Of a stretch of 64,000 nt of DNA, positions 1 to 12,700 are shown piece after piece; the first letter of the stretch is position 1; each line of letters begins with the position of its first letter. Under the pieces are notes generated by a model. That model was not told where the DNA came from and ran no database searches. It was given only the letters and a program-made list of their open reading frames with translations. Source of the stretch: Antedon mediterranea (taxonomy: Eukaryota; Animalia; Echinodermata); the NCBI RefSeq assembly GCF_964355755.1, contig NC_092674.1, positions 372,001 to 436,000 of the forward strand. Direction: 5' to 3'. Position numbers and translations under genes: made by a program.

Positions 1-442
1 GACAGTATTACTTATGGAGGGCTGTTTTTTTTTTAATAAATGGGTTTATGTGGTGGCTTATAAGTTATTACTAGAGGGCGCTTACTTACGCCTCGTGTGT
101 ATGAAAGATACAGTAAACAATATAACATGTATGATTGCAATAAACAAAAAGAAAAATGCAAAAAGTGTCCTGCTTTCATTGAGTTGTTAAACAGCACCCC
201 CAGTTGCAAAATGCCTTTCACTATAATGTAAGTTGTCTTTAGTGTACAGATAGTCATAATGTCTGTCAATTTAAACAAAATGGGTCATGAATTCAATTAA
301 TTTATTCAAAGCAAAATTTAAGTTACAAAATGTACAATGTATACAATGAGGCTAGAGGGTAAACAAATTACAATTTTTCCTCGCCAAGAATGCTTCTAAA
401 AGTTTGTTTAATAGAAGAATTAAAATCATATTTTCAAATTCA

Positions 443-1556
443 TCAGAAATCAACAGTTGTCATCATTAGTGTTTTATTCTCAATGATATCTTTTAACCAC
501 CGACCTCTGAACCTAGACTCTCCTGGTTTGTGTACTAATCGATTCATTTCAAAAACGTAAAACACTTCAACGGGAAAATGCTGCCAAAATAAGAAAATAT
601 ATTACAAAAAACAATTAGTAACAGTCCAGTTATTTGTCATTCCCTGATGCTTCTTAAAATGATTTTGCTTTATACAATACTTCCTTAAAGTTTGTGAATG
701 TAAGTTAGTTTTAAATAATAGTCCATTGGCCATGTTTTATTGTTAATATTTATTCCTACCTTTGGTTTTAGTTTTGATACTTCAATCGTAAAATAAACAC
801 ATGCCATTGCTCTTGGGATTGGTTTCCTTCGTGTCGGTATGCTCCATCGCACTTGGTAACGATACTTGACACTATAATCGTCCACATCTTCTCGTAAAAA
901 GTCAATACAATACAACCAGCTGTCTTCATAATTCCAGGTCTAAACAAAATATTTTTGCAAAGTTTTTTTTGTTAAGAATTCTTTTCTTGCTACAAAGTTT
1001 TTAGTACCTGGATTAGACAATTGAACATATATTGACCAAGTTAATCTCTTTAGCTTAATGTAATGTTATACTGTAGTAGGTAAATGATATGCCACTAATA
1101 CTATGCATCATAGTATTAATTTTTAATGTTTTTTTTTTTAAAAAGGTAACCTACAGCAATACCTACTGTAAGCCTACTGTAGATTGTTATCGCCACATAA
1201 ACAATTTATTTTAATCTTCATACTCAAGTGAAATGCAGTTTGGAGATCAGCTCATGTGTCTTCATAATTGGATGTATCTATTCCCATATACTTACCTGTA
1301 CAAATTCATTAATCTTTTTTTCTCCATTCTCAATATTAAATTCTTCAATAGTCATCCAATGTACATCCTTAATCTTATAATCCTCAGTTTCTCTGTACAG
1401 CAAGGAGCAGTAACTTTGAATAGATGACACTGGTCTACCATCCTCATACTTGTCAACTCCATTCTCTTTTAGTAATCTTTTTCTGGCATTTTCTATCACC
1501 ATGTCAACAAGGGCGTGTGCTTGGCTTTCAAAACTGTCTTTATCATCCGTGTTCAT
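443..1556 (-). CDS. AKAP14: A-kinase anchor protein 14 (AKAP28)-like, 3 coding exons, ~192 aa
   Basis: Exons 1556-1296, 939-760, 580-443 join in frame at GT-AG: MNTDDK...IEEFNIENGEKKINEFVQ|TWNYEDSWLYCIDFL...YRYQVRWSIPTRRKPIPRAMACVYFTIEVSKLKPK|HFPVEVFYVFEMNRLVHKPGESRFRGRWLKDIIENK...F*. The RWSIPTRRKPIP and ESRFR.WLKDI motifs match AKAP14. Probable UTR exon ending at 2289. Confidence 0.88.
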
Positions 1557-1699
1557 TTTTATTGATAACTTTCAGTCTCAGGATTCTTTGAGTAGGCCCA
1601 GGCTATATGGTTTTTAATCTGTGGAAATAAATATTTTATACATATTTATGTTTATATACTGAAACAAATGTTAGTATAATAAAGTTTAATGGTAATAAT

Positions 1700-1792
1700 T
1701 TAATAATATTCATTGGCTACTCTCCTGTAAAACGGAGGAACAACTTTAATAATATTCATTGGCTACTCTCCTGTAAAACGGAGGAACAACTT
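1700..1792. repeat. ~47-bp direct duplication
   Basis: TAATAATATTCATTGGCTACTCTCCTGTAAAACGGAGGAACAACTTT occurs twice in tandem. Confidence 0.85.
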
Positions 1793-1899
1793 TGTAACAA
1801 GAGGTTCAATACATATAATAATAATAATATGTTTACAGAAATACATAGGCCTAGTTACAATATATAGATATAAAAAGATATACACAGGGGCTAATATCT

Positions 1900-2260
1900 G
1901 TCTAGACTAGTAGCCTAGGCCTAGTAGTAGTGACACTGGCACATTTACTACTCTCTAGCTAGCCAGTATAGGCTACCTCTAGTCTAGCTAGGCCTACTTT
2001 AAATAGTCCTACCAGATAGTATAAAAGCTAGGCTATCTACTAGGCTAGGCATACTACTAGCTAGCTAGAATAGGCTAGGTCTAGCTAGGGCTAGGAGGTA
2101 GGCGGCCAGGCCTACTAGGCCTAGGCTAGTAGTAGGCATAGCTAGATACCTAGCTAGGCTAGTAGGCCTACCTAGTTAGGCCCTTTAGTAGGCCTTTAAT
2201 ATTATATTATTAGGCTAGATTAAACATCTAAAATTAAGGCCTAGGCCTAGTAGTAGGCCC
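1900..2260. repeat. Low-complexity TAGGCCTA/TAGGCTA/TAGCTA/TAGTA tract in the putative first intron of AKAP14
   Basis: Dense non-periodic concatenation of TA-(G/C)n-TA units. Confidence 0.8.
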
Positions 2261-2685
2261 TATAATAGTGTATGTTTTCACAAATTACCAAAATTGACTT
2301 CTTGCACATAACTGTTTACATAAATTAACGGCATGAGTGTTGCGTTTGCTGTTCTCTGTGTGATGATGAATCTCTGGCTTTCGATGAAAATTCAACACGG
2401 AAGTGTTATTGTTGACATCATAACCATGGTTATTTTGGAAGGTTATTTTGACTGTGAGTATGAAACGCCGACAAACCATACAGCCTGAAAATGTGTAATA
2501 ATTATGCTATATTGAGATAAATAGCAAAAAATTAATATTATTTAAACAAAATATTAACTTACATAATTATATAACTTACCAAACATATTTTGTATTTTAT
2601 GATAAATTTGTACTTGTTTTTGGAATTCATTCCATGCAATATTCGCGGTCCATACTGAAACTGTTCAAGCAAAACGAAATGGTAA

Positions 2686-3484
2686 TGTTATGCGCGATTT
2701 GAACGATTTGCGCAATTTGAAATTGCGCAAAAAAATCCTTGCGCAATTTGAAATTGCGCAAAGAATTCTTGCGCAATTTTAAATTGCGCAAGGATTTTTT
2801 TGCGCAATTTCAAATTGCGCAATCAACTTGCGCAATTTCAAATTGCGCAAGAAAATCTTTGCGCAATTTTAAATTGCGCTGCACAATTTGTAAATTGCGC
2901 AAGATAGTTCTTGCGCAATATGACACCTTTGCGCAATTTGAAAACGAACTGTAAATTTTCCAATACATGGCTAGGCTAGGCCTAGGCAGAGGAGTTTAAA
3001 ATTTAGTATTTTATTATATAAATAAGACCATTTCAATGAAGATAATGTTTAATACTCACTTTTTAAGTTTTTAATGTTAGTTTAAGCTAGGCCATGTAAC
3101 CTAGTCAGTATCAGTAGTCCAGACCCTAGCTAGGCTAGAGTAGTATAGCCGGCCGCCCGCGCCGCGCCCGCCTGGTGGAACACCACCGCTTCGTTTTCCT
3201 TCGTCGGTTCTTCGACGGTATGCTAACTTATAACAATATTTGCACTACTAAAATAATGAAATGCGATATTTATCTTTAATTTTGAATCATTCTTAGAAAT
3301 TACTATAAAAATATGGGTGTGCATGATTTCACAATCTGTCGAAAAACCTTGCGCAATTTGCAGATTACTTGCGCAATTTAATACGTTGCTTGCGCAATTT
3401 GAAACACATGTTTCAATTCAAATTGCGCAAGGATTTTTTTTGCGCAATTTCAAATTGCGCAAATCGTTCAAATCGCGCATAACA
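2686..3484. mobile_element. Non-autonomous TIR element, TGT...ACA ends, 4-bp TSD (Ginger-like), with subterminal TTGCGCAA arrays
   Basis: TGTTATGCGCGATTTGAACGATTTGCGCAATTTG... at 2686 is the reverse complement of the end at 3484; GTAA at 2682-2685 and 3485-3488; many TTGCGCAA palindromes in both arms. Confidence 0.8.
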
Positions 3485-3755
3485 GTAACACAATTGTTCG
3501 TCAACTACAACAACAGTACATCCGTCAACAACTAATTGTAAGATCATTCCAGGTGCATTTTGCAAATATTGTGAACATATGTTTATTATTTGAAAATAAT
3601 TAAAATAAATAATTTACAATTAAAATAGTCTTTTTGAAAAAAAAACAAACTACTACGACAGAAAGTAGTTGACGGGTTGATGACTGTAGTTAACGCTAAA
3701 AGCGTGAGCAACATTTATTGCTCAGTGATCGATCAACCGTACTAAAAAAAAAATC

Positions 3756-6700
3756 ATGGCGGGTGAAAACGAAGAAAATACAGCATCGAATGAAGACAAT
3801 ATTCGTCTTGATAAACTACGTAATCGAGTTAAACAGTATCTAGATAAAGTATATAATAGTGTATTTTGATTATGTTAGATTTTAGGGCCTAGGCATACTA
3901 CTACATACAGGCTAGGCTAGGCCTACTCTCTAGTAGAGAAGCAAGCAAGAAGGGTCATCATGTGTGTGAGGTGTGTGAGTGTGTGCATGTGTTAAGCTAG
4001 GCCTAGCCTAGATGGAATAGAGCCTGTGTTTCTGCTGTTTCGCACCACACCTTTAAATATTCGATTTCCCACCAAAACGGTATTTTCCACACTTACAATT
4101 TAAACATAATTTAACAATACATGTCTAGGCTATATATACGTAACGTAGCTAGGCCCTAGCTAGCTACTAGGCTAGGTAGTTACGATTCAAAAACTTCACT
4201 TTTATTTTTAAGCTATTTAATATACGTTTTAAATTTACCATTGTTATGATATCTGCTTATTTTAGATCATAGACATAATTTGCCAACAAAATGATACTGA
4301 TAATGTTAACAATTAATGCTACTGATAGTGTTAACAATTAATTTATCGTATACTTTTTCAAAGCATCAATATGAAACTGCTGTGTTCTGGGCTGACAAGG
4401 TGGTCACTATGTCAAAAGGTAGCAACTTCAATATATATTAATAAGTAATGTATTTGAGAGTAAACTCTGAGAGATACAAGAAGATATATTTATTGTCACT
4501 TTTGGAAATATAAAAGTAAAATTCGTTTTTCCTGACTATATATAACATAGTTCAAAACAGACAAAAACTTAAAAAAAGAAGATTAATACATTGCACAAAG
4601 AATCATTTATCAAAGTTACATAAATATACTGATTTGTGAGTGAATGACTTTCTTAATTTATTATAATGTAGTACTACACATTTTAGAGGTGCAGGTAAAA
4701 TTGTATCCACTTTTTCTATAGATGCATTGGCTGATGTGTATATGCACGCCCAAGCTTTATACCTTACAAAACAATATCATCGTGCTGCCCATGTACTGGA
4801 ATCACGTGACTTGCACAAGGTAAACGTTGTATTATTGAAATATTACTTCCTACCAACATGCTATACCCTTATCTGGCCACACCCTTATCTGGCCACACCC
4901 TTATCTGGCCACACTCTTATCTGGCCACACCCTTATCTGGCCACACTGATAAACAAAGAAAAGAATTATAATAATAACTAATTTAATTTAAAAATTGACA
5001 TGAGTGCAATAGTGGAAATAATTCTATGAGGTAAAAGATGGTTCTATAGAACAAGAATTTTACTGTAACATGAAAATCATACTAAAAAACAATAATAAAA
5101 ACTAAAATCATTCAACCAAAACTAATATAATATTTCTCATCAAATGAAGCCATCTAGTTTCACCATTTTATTATAATAGTTGTTTTGTAATTTCAGAGTG
5201 AAGCTGCTTGCAAATTCTTAGTAGCAAAATGTCATGTAAGTATAAACTTGTAAATCTTATACTTACTTACCTTACTGAAGTGTTTCAATCATAAGTAGAT
5301 TTATATTCCTATTATATTATGAATAATACTGTACAATGGATAAACAATAAATACATCCATAAGCAATATTAAAAAGTAAAGCTCTGTCAGCACTATCAAA
5401 CTTTATGTGCCAAAAAATGTGATGTGCCCATATATGGAAGTGATATGCACAAATATGGTAGTGATATGACATCATGTCCATCTATGAGTACATCATTTGA
5501 TGAAGTTTGATAGTGTAGACAGAACATAAGATATTGAGTTATCTTTGAAGTTAATGTTGGAAGTTTGTTTTAACTCTTTTATTTATTTGATTTGTTAAGG
5601 TTGAAGTAAGGGAGTATCAAGAAGCATTGGATATTCTAGAAGGTGCTGATCAAATATGGAAAACACCAATTAGAGTGAATTTTACCAAACCACCATCAGT
5701 CAACACTAGTCATCTACAAGTTAGTAATGTAAGTATAATAAGAGCTTTCTAGTTACTAGTTTTATTGTTAAGCAGCATGCTCATTTTAGCAAAACAAAAA
5801 AATAAACTGTACAATTTCATTTTCCAAAACTAGCTAGGACTATGTTGATATAACGTTTCACCACATATATTAGTTCTGAAAAGAACTGTTGAGTTTTCTA
5901 GCTAGGACTAACAAACAGCAAGAATTTAAAATGAGAAAGAAAATGAATTTAGATAAGTGTTTTATTTAATCAGTTGCATTAATTTATTATTGGATATGTT
6001 TCTTAATACTTACCAGGTACATAGCAGTATAAGTCTACTGAAAGGAAAAATCTTTGAGGCGTTAGAAAACCGTGTTCAAGCAACTGAACATTACAGAGAA
6101 GCACTGAAACAAGATGTGTACTGCTATGAAGCCTTTGACCTGCTTGTTAAACATCAAATGCTATCATGTGAAGAAGGTTACTTAATAATCATTATAAATA
6201 CCAACAATGCAGTGATTATTATACATATATTGCCTGCTTAGAAGTGCAATATTATATTTTCTTTCGAGGAGTTGTATTTTTTTATAAATTATATTATATA
6301 TCTTCATCATCAACTATGCAGTCATTATTGCCCCCTTAGAGGTGTCAAATTATGCATACAGTGTATTGCCTGCTGAGAGGTGTATTTGAGATTTTTCTCA
6401 ATGGATTATATAAGTGTGTAGTGCTGAGGGAAAGTATAGTTCTGAGAGACAAATATGATTCCCAAGGTGGATCTCAAATGTTATAATAAACAGATAAAAC
6501 AGAAATTGTGTGTCTTATTGCCTTTTTTTAACAACAATTGAGCAATAAGAATTTTTTTTTTTTATATTTTTATTTTCAGAGAGACAATTGATTGACAGTC
6601 TTCCATTTACATCACAGTGCAGCGACGATGAAGCTGCAATCCTGAGGGCAGTATATATGAGTATTTTGAAAAAGGTGTGATTTATATAACGACTCATTGT

Positions 6701-9700
6701 TTCGCACTAGAGTACATTGATAATTTTTTATAATTTTAAACTGAAAAATGTTACTGTAAAGTAAACAGCTGATAATGTTGAAAAGTACCAAATATTTTCC
6801 AGTAAAAGTGAATAACTTTATTAAAAGTAGTAAAGTTAGGTTTTCAGTACTTTTCATGTTTTGAGAAACAATACATCTTACACTTATTTGCTTTTCAGTA
6901 TGACAAACCATCTCCGATTGTGACGCCAGATGCTTTAGTTCCATTAAAACAGAATCTTGATATTATCACAAGCCAAGCTGAACGCTATTATTACCACTCA
7001 GATTTTAGGTCTACATACAATATAACCAACAGGTTAGTGGTGCTTTATGAACACAAATAGATGTGTGGGTTAACCAACAAATAAAAGTGTTATGTTATAA
7101 GCAATTTTTTTACTACAATTTACATTTTACTGTACTAAAAATTAATACATTGACAATACCAGATCAGATACCATTGCTCCTCAATATTATCTGGAACCTT
7201 ATGCCAAACAAAGGAAAGAAATGAAAACTAATCATTCTAAGTTTAAGCTTAAAAATAAAATTGTTTTTGATTTTTGTTAACAATTTTTATTGCAGAGTAT
7301 TGCAGACTGATCCTTTCCATTCAACATGTCTCCCTCTACATATAGCAACACTTGTTGAATTACAAAAGTCTAATGGTAAATATTGTTTTATTGTTCATTA
7401 TGCCCTAGGAATTGTGTACTTAAATTGAAAAAAAAAATGAAAATCTAGCAAAATGAGAAACCCAAAACATTTACAACTACTCCCATATAAACATTTACAA
7501 CTACTACCATATAAACATTTACAACTACCATATAAACATTTACAACTACTACCATATAAACATTTACAACTACTACCATATAAACATTTACAACTACTAC
7601 CATATAAACATTTACAACTACTACCATATAAACATTTACAACTACCATATAAACATTTACAACTACTACCATATAAACATTTACAACTACTACAATATAA
7701 ACATTTACAACTACCATATAAACATTCTAGTTTTAAAATTCCCTGCTAGAAATTTTTTTTTTTTTTTGGCGTTTTTTTCTTAGTCTTCATCATTTGTGGA
7801 ATAATACATTCAGACCTAATTGAAAATAATTATGTTTTAGTATCCTTGGAAACAGCTCTACATAATTTGTTTGAATGACACTTGTGTGTGAATGTTTGTA
7901 AGAAAAGTGGAGAACAATTAGAAGAAGTAGTTGCTGCATTTTATATATACTTCAGTCCAGTTCAGTAGTGATAGCTAATGAATTCAACTATTCAGTTTTT
8001 TTTCTCAACATAATTAACCACACAAGCTATTATAATGCATTTGTTTTTTTTAATATAATTGATTGACGTCATTCATCACCTTCAGGCTTATACATCTATT
8101 CATTTTATTTTCAAAAGGATGTTTTGTTTCCTCTGTATGTTTATTCAATTGACATAAAGCATTTATGTTTATAAATACAATTGATTTATGTTATTAATAG
8201 CCATTTTAGTACATTATAATAATATATCGGAAGAGGCACATATTTATTATATTCTTATTCTGTACATTTACTTTTTATTTAATATTTTATCATCACTTAT
8301 CTCTTTACATTTACATTTACATATGCACATAAAGCATAACATGTGTGTTTATCACTTATCTCTTTATATTCACATTTACATGTGCACATAAAGCATAACA
8401 TGTGTGTTTATCACTTATCTCTTTATATTCACATTTACATGTGCACATAAAGCATAACATGTGTGTTTATCACTTATCTCTTTATATTCACATTTACATG
8501 TGCACATAAAGCATAACATGTGTGTTTATCACTTATCTCTTTATATTCACATTTACATATGCACATAAAGCATAACATGTGTGTTTATCACTTATCTCTT
8601 TATACAGTATTCACATTTACATGTGCACATAAAGCATAACATGTGTGTTTATTTTGGTTTATATTCAATCTTACAGAGTTGTTTTACTTAGGTCACCGTT
8701 TAGTTGACCTTTACCCTAATAAAGCAGTTGCATGGTTTGCAGTTGGTTGTTACTATTATTTAGTTGGGAAACAAGATGCTGCCCGACGATTTTTAAGGTA
8801 AACACAAATTACTGATAGATGTAGGTATAACCCAACCCAAATTATCTTGGTTCTCTGTTGTACAGGTACAATAAATTTCCCCCGCAACATTTCCATAATT
8901 AATGTATTGATACAATAAATATTAATGTGGGTAACAACAGTGAGTAGATGGCAATTGACATACAAAACAATTAAAATAATGTAACTATTAGTATCAAAAC
9001 TTATTAAAAGTAAACAAACTTTTGGACAACACGGTTCTCTCCAACTGATAAATGTTATTAATAATTCTGTAGTAAAGCTACAAGCTTGGACCACCTGTAT
9101 GGACCAGCATGGTTAGCATTTGGACACTCATTTGCCATTCAAGGTGAACATGATCAAGCTATGGCTGCCTACTTCACAGCCTCTCAACTCATGAAAGGGT
9201 AAGCTACAGTTGTGTTCTTATTCAACAGGAAAGCACTCATGTTTATATTCTGAATTATAATGTATTTTATTTGAAGCTAATTGTAACTATTAATTTTGTT
9301 GGTTTTTTATAAGGGGTGGGAGAGGGGGGGGGGGGGTTGAGGTTGTTGTGTGTGTTTTTTTTGTGTGCTTTTGCTTATTACTTGTCCATGACAATTTGAA
9401 TTCTATGCATTTGTTTATAAATCTGTTTAGATGTCACCTGCCAGTGTTATACGTCGGTTTAGAACAAGGTTTAACCAACAACCCACAGCTGGCGGAAAAG
9501 TTCTTCAATCAAGCTTTGTCCATTGCCCCATCCGATCCATTTGTTCTCCATGAAATGGGAGTAGTCGCATACCAGACAAACAAGTAGGATGATAACCAAT
9601 GCGATCTAATAACAGGATGCTGAACTCCAGAGATCAAAGGGTTTATCTGTGGCTGCGACGCAATCAGTTCCATTCCCCTTAATAGACACTGTGTGCCTGT

Positions 9701-12700
9701 ACATAGTAAAGTACTGCTGGTATTTGTCGCAGCCAGACATAAGATCAGAGGACTGGTATGAGTTCCTATCTTGGCAAGACGAGATCAGTGTCCTGTTGTT
9801 AGATTACCTTGAGATAACACTAAGCTTATGATTAATTGTTACAAAAAACAATTGAATTTGAATGCTTATGACACAGACTTAAACCTGGTCACTTTATTTC
9901 TCTTTTTGTGACCTTTTAGTTGGGTAGATGCAGAGAAGTATTTCTTAGAGGCAATTATGGAACTGCAAGGACTTGGTGAGGGCGCTCTCTCGGAAAAATG
10001 GGAGCCAATTTTGAACAATCTTGGTCATGTATGTCGTAAATTAGGGTGAGTTTCTCCTGTCTGTCCTATTGACTGTTTATTGGACTTTTTCTTATTTTTT
10101 GTGTATATATTTAATACGAGGAGTAGCTTTTGAGTTACAAATATGTCTTGCTTAGGTAGCCCTAAGCTGTATTTTCCATTTTTATATGTCGTATTAATGT
10201 ATTAATATTATGCTAGTTGAATAAATAAATGAAATAAAGTGCATTGTAAACTTACCTATGATAAATTTATTACAAATATTATATCACTGAATGTTAAGTA
10301 CATGCTCACAGTGTTTTTAAGTTTTCAACCAAATACTATTTCTGTGTAGAAAGTATGATGAAGCTCTTGGATACCATCAACGTGCGTTAGTTCTTTCACC
10401 TCAGAATCCTTCCACCTTTGCGTCCATTGGTTTTGTTTACTGTTTACAGGCTGACTTCAACACAGCTATTGACTACTTCCATAAAGTAAGTACGTAAATC
10501 ATTTTTATACCGAATAGTAAGCACATTGAATAAATGGGTTATTTACAAGTAAATATAGTTTACAAAGCACAAGTTGGAGTCATGGTTGTGGGTCTTATAT
10601 ACAGTAGGTGTATAAAACTGTCTAACATCTGTTTTCTTAAATGGGACAAATTTTGTAAACAAACAAAAACAGAGTACTGTACAATTATGGGAAAAATGCA
10701 AAATTAGCTCTGTGGTCATGTGTTACAAGAGTTTACAAAACAATAAAGATTATCTGATAAACTCCTACAAATTAGCTCTGTGGTCATGTTACAAGAGTTT
10801 ACAAAACAACAAAGATTATCTGATAAACTCCTACAAATTAGCTCTGTGGTCATGTTACAAGAGTTTACAAAACAACAAAGATTATCTGATAAACTCCTAG
10901 AAACTATAGGAAGCCTTATTAGCTCTGTGGTCATGTTACAAGAGTTTACAAAACAATAAAGATTATCTGATAAACTCCTACAAACTATAGGAAGCCTTAT
11001 TAGCTCTGTGGTCATGTTACAAGAGTTTACAAAACAACAAAGATTATCTGATAAACTCCTACAAATTAGCTCTGTGGTCATGTTACAAGAGTTTTCAAAA
11101 CAATAAAGATTATCTGATAAACTCCTAGAAACTATAAGAAGCCTTATTAGCTCTGTGGTCATGTTACAAGAGTTTTCAAAACAATAAAGATTATCTGATA
11201 AACTCCTACAAACTATAGGAAGCCTTATTAGCTCTGTGGTCATGTTACAAGAGTTTACAAAACAACAAAGATTATCTGATAAACTCCTACAAATTAGCTC
11301 TGTGGTCATGTTACAAGAGTTTACAAAACAACAAAGATTATCTGATAAACTCCTACAAATTAGCTCTGTGGTCATGTTACAAGAGTTTACAAAACAATAA
11401 AGATTATCTGATAAACTCCTAGAAACTATAGGAAGCCTTATTAGCTCTGTGGTCATGTTACAAGAGTTTACAAAACAATAAAGATTATCTGATAAACTCC
11501 TACAAACTATAGGAAGCCTTATTAGCTCTGTGGTCATGTTACAAGAGTTTACAAAACAATAAAGATTATCTGATAAACTCCTAGAAACTATAGGAAGCCT
11601 TATTAGCTCTGTGGTCATGTTACAAGAGTTTTCAAAACAATAAAGATTATCTGATAAACTCCTACAAACTATAGCAGGGCCGTAGCCAGGATCTGTCAAG
11701 GGGGGGTTCGGACACTAAATATTTGGGTCAACCCCCCCCCCCTGGGGGTGGGGCCTGATGCGAAGGGAATTTTGTTAAATGACACCCCTAGATGGCCGGA
11801 AAAGACACTCTCGTGCAGCATGCTACCGATGAGCAAAAAGATCATACTTTTTTCCTCCTTCTCAAACACGTCGATAATTTAAAGGACGATAACTATGTGT
11901 TGCCGTATGTTAGATGCGCGTGCTCTGTGTGCGGAACCGCCGATTGTTTGATCATTTACTCCGTATTTTGTTTTGCGTTCAAGTTCAATGCGAACGTACA
12001 TCTAGGAGCAGCCCCGAAAAAAGCACACTGGTTGAAGGCAAATGCTATTTGCTAGCTCTATCTATAATATTTATTTACAGCAATTTGTTGAGGAATATAA
12101 ATATGTAAATAGGTGATATTGATACATTTTAGTACGTATCGGCTGGTGGTCTAGAAAAAAATAATCGGATGCCATAATGTGAACTACAGTACTTGATACC
12201 ATAGATATTATAGTGTAAAATATTAATATTCACTATAATCCTCTATGATACATTATACTTCATAGTCACACATAAATACTGATGTACGTCGGAAGGCTAT
12301 ATACTTTATGCATGCTGCCTGACTGCCAGTGATCTAAACAATTATTATAGGTACGCAGTTGTCTGGCGGTGTCCTTTGTACGAATCGTTCGTGCCCCAGT
12401 TCGCTATGAGACGCGTCAATATCATGTTACATGCAGGGACCAAATTTTTCAGGTTAAAATCGGCAATTCATTTGCAGCTTTTAGAAATTTACAGACACGT
12501 ATCGCTAGTTGACGCTCATACAGAGAAAAAGGTTCACGAACAAGTTTACGAATTTTTCAATTTACAAACAACTTTTTGTACTGTGGGGCACGTATTTGGA
12601 GGATTTTTGGAGATGAGGGTGAGGTATTGGGCATGTCGGGGATGGGGGTTCGCAGTCGGTTAAGGGGGGTTCGCTGTAAAGGGGGGGTTCGCCCGAACCA

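Noticed and set aside
2420-2433. ATAACCATGGTTAT as an RFX X-box for AKAP14
   Set aside because: Plausible for a ciliary gene but both terminal consensus bases differ; insufficient support.
9586-9660. Resemblance to the 7SK 5' stem (GGATG, GCGATCT, TGGCTGCGAC, paired GATC)
   Set aside because: It overlaps a splice donor inside a Pol II intron, with no 7SK 3' stem or oligo-T terminator; the matches are short.
10716-11699. 327-aa Cys-rich ORF
   Set aside because: Translation of the 66/81-bp satellite (both multiples of 3), antisense within a CDC16 intron.
11792-12663. ORFs inside the CAGG element as a transposase
   Set aside because: Short, with no recognisable DDE, BED or dimerisation motifs.
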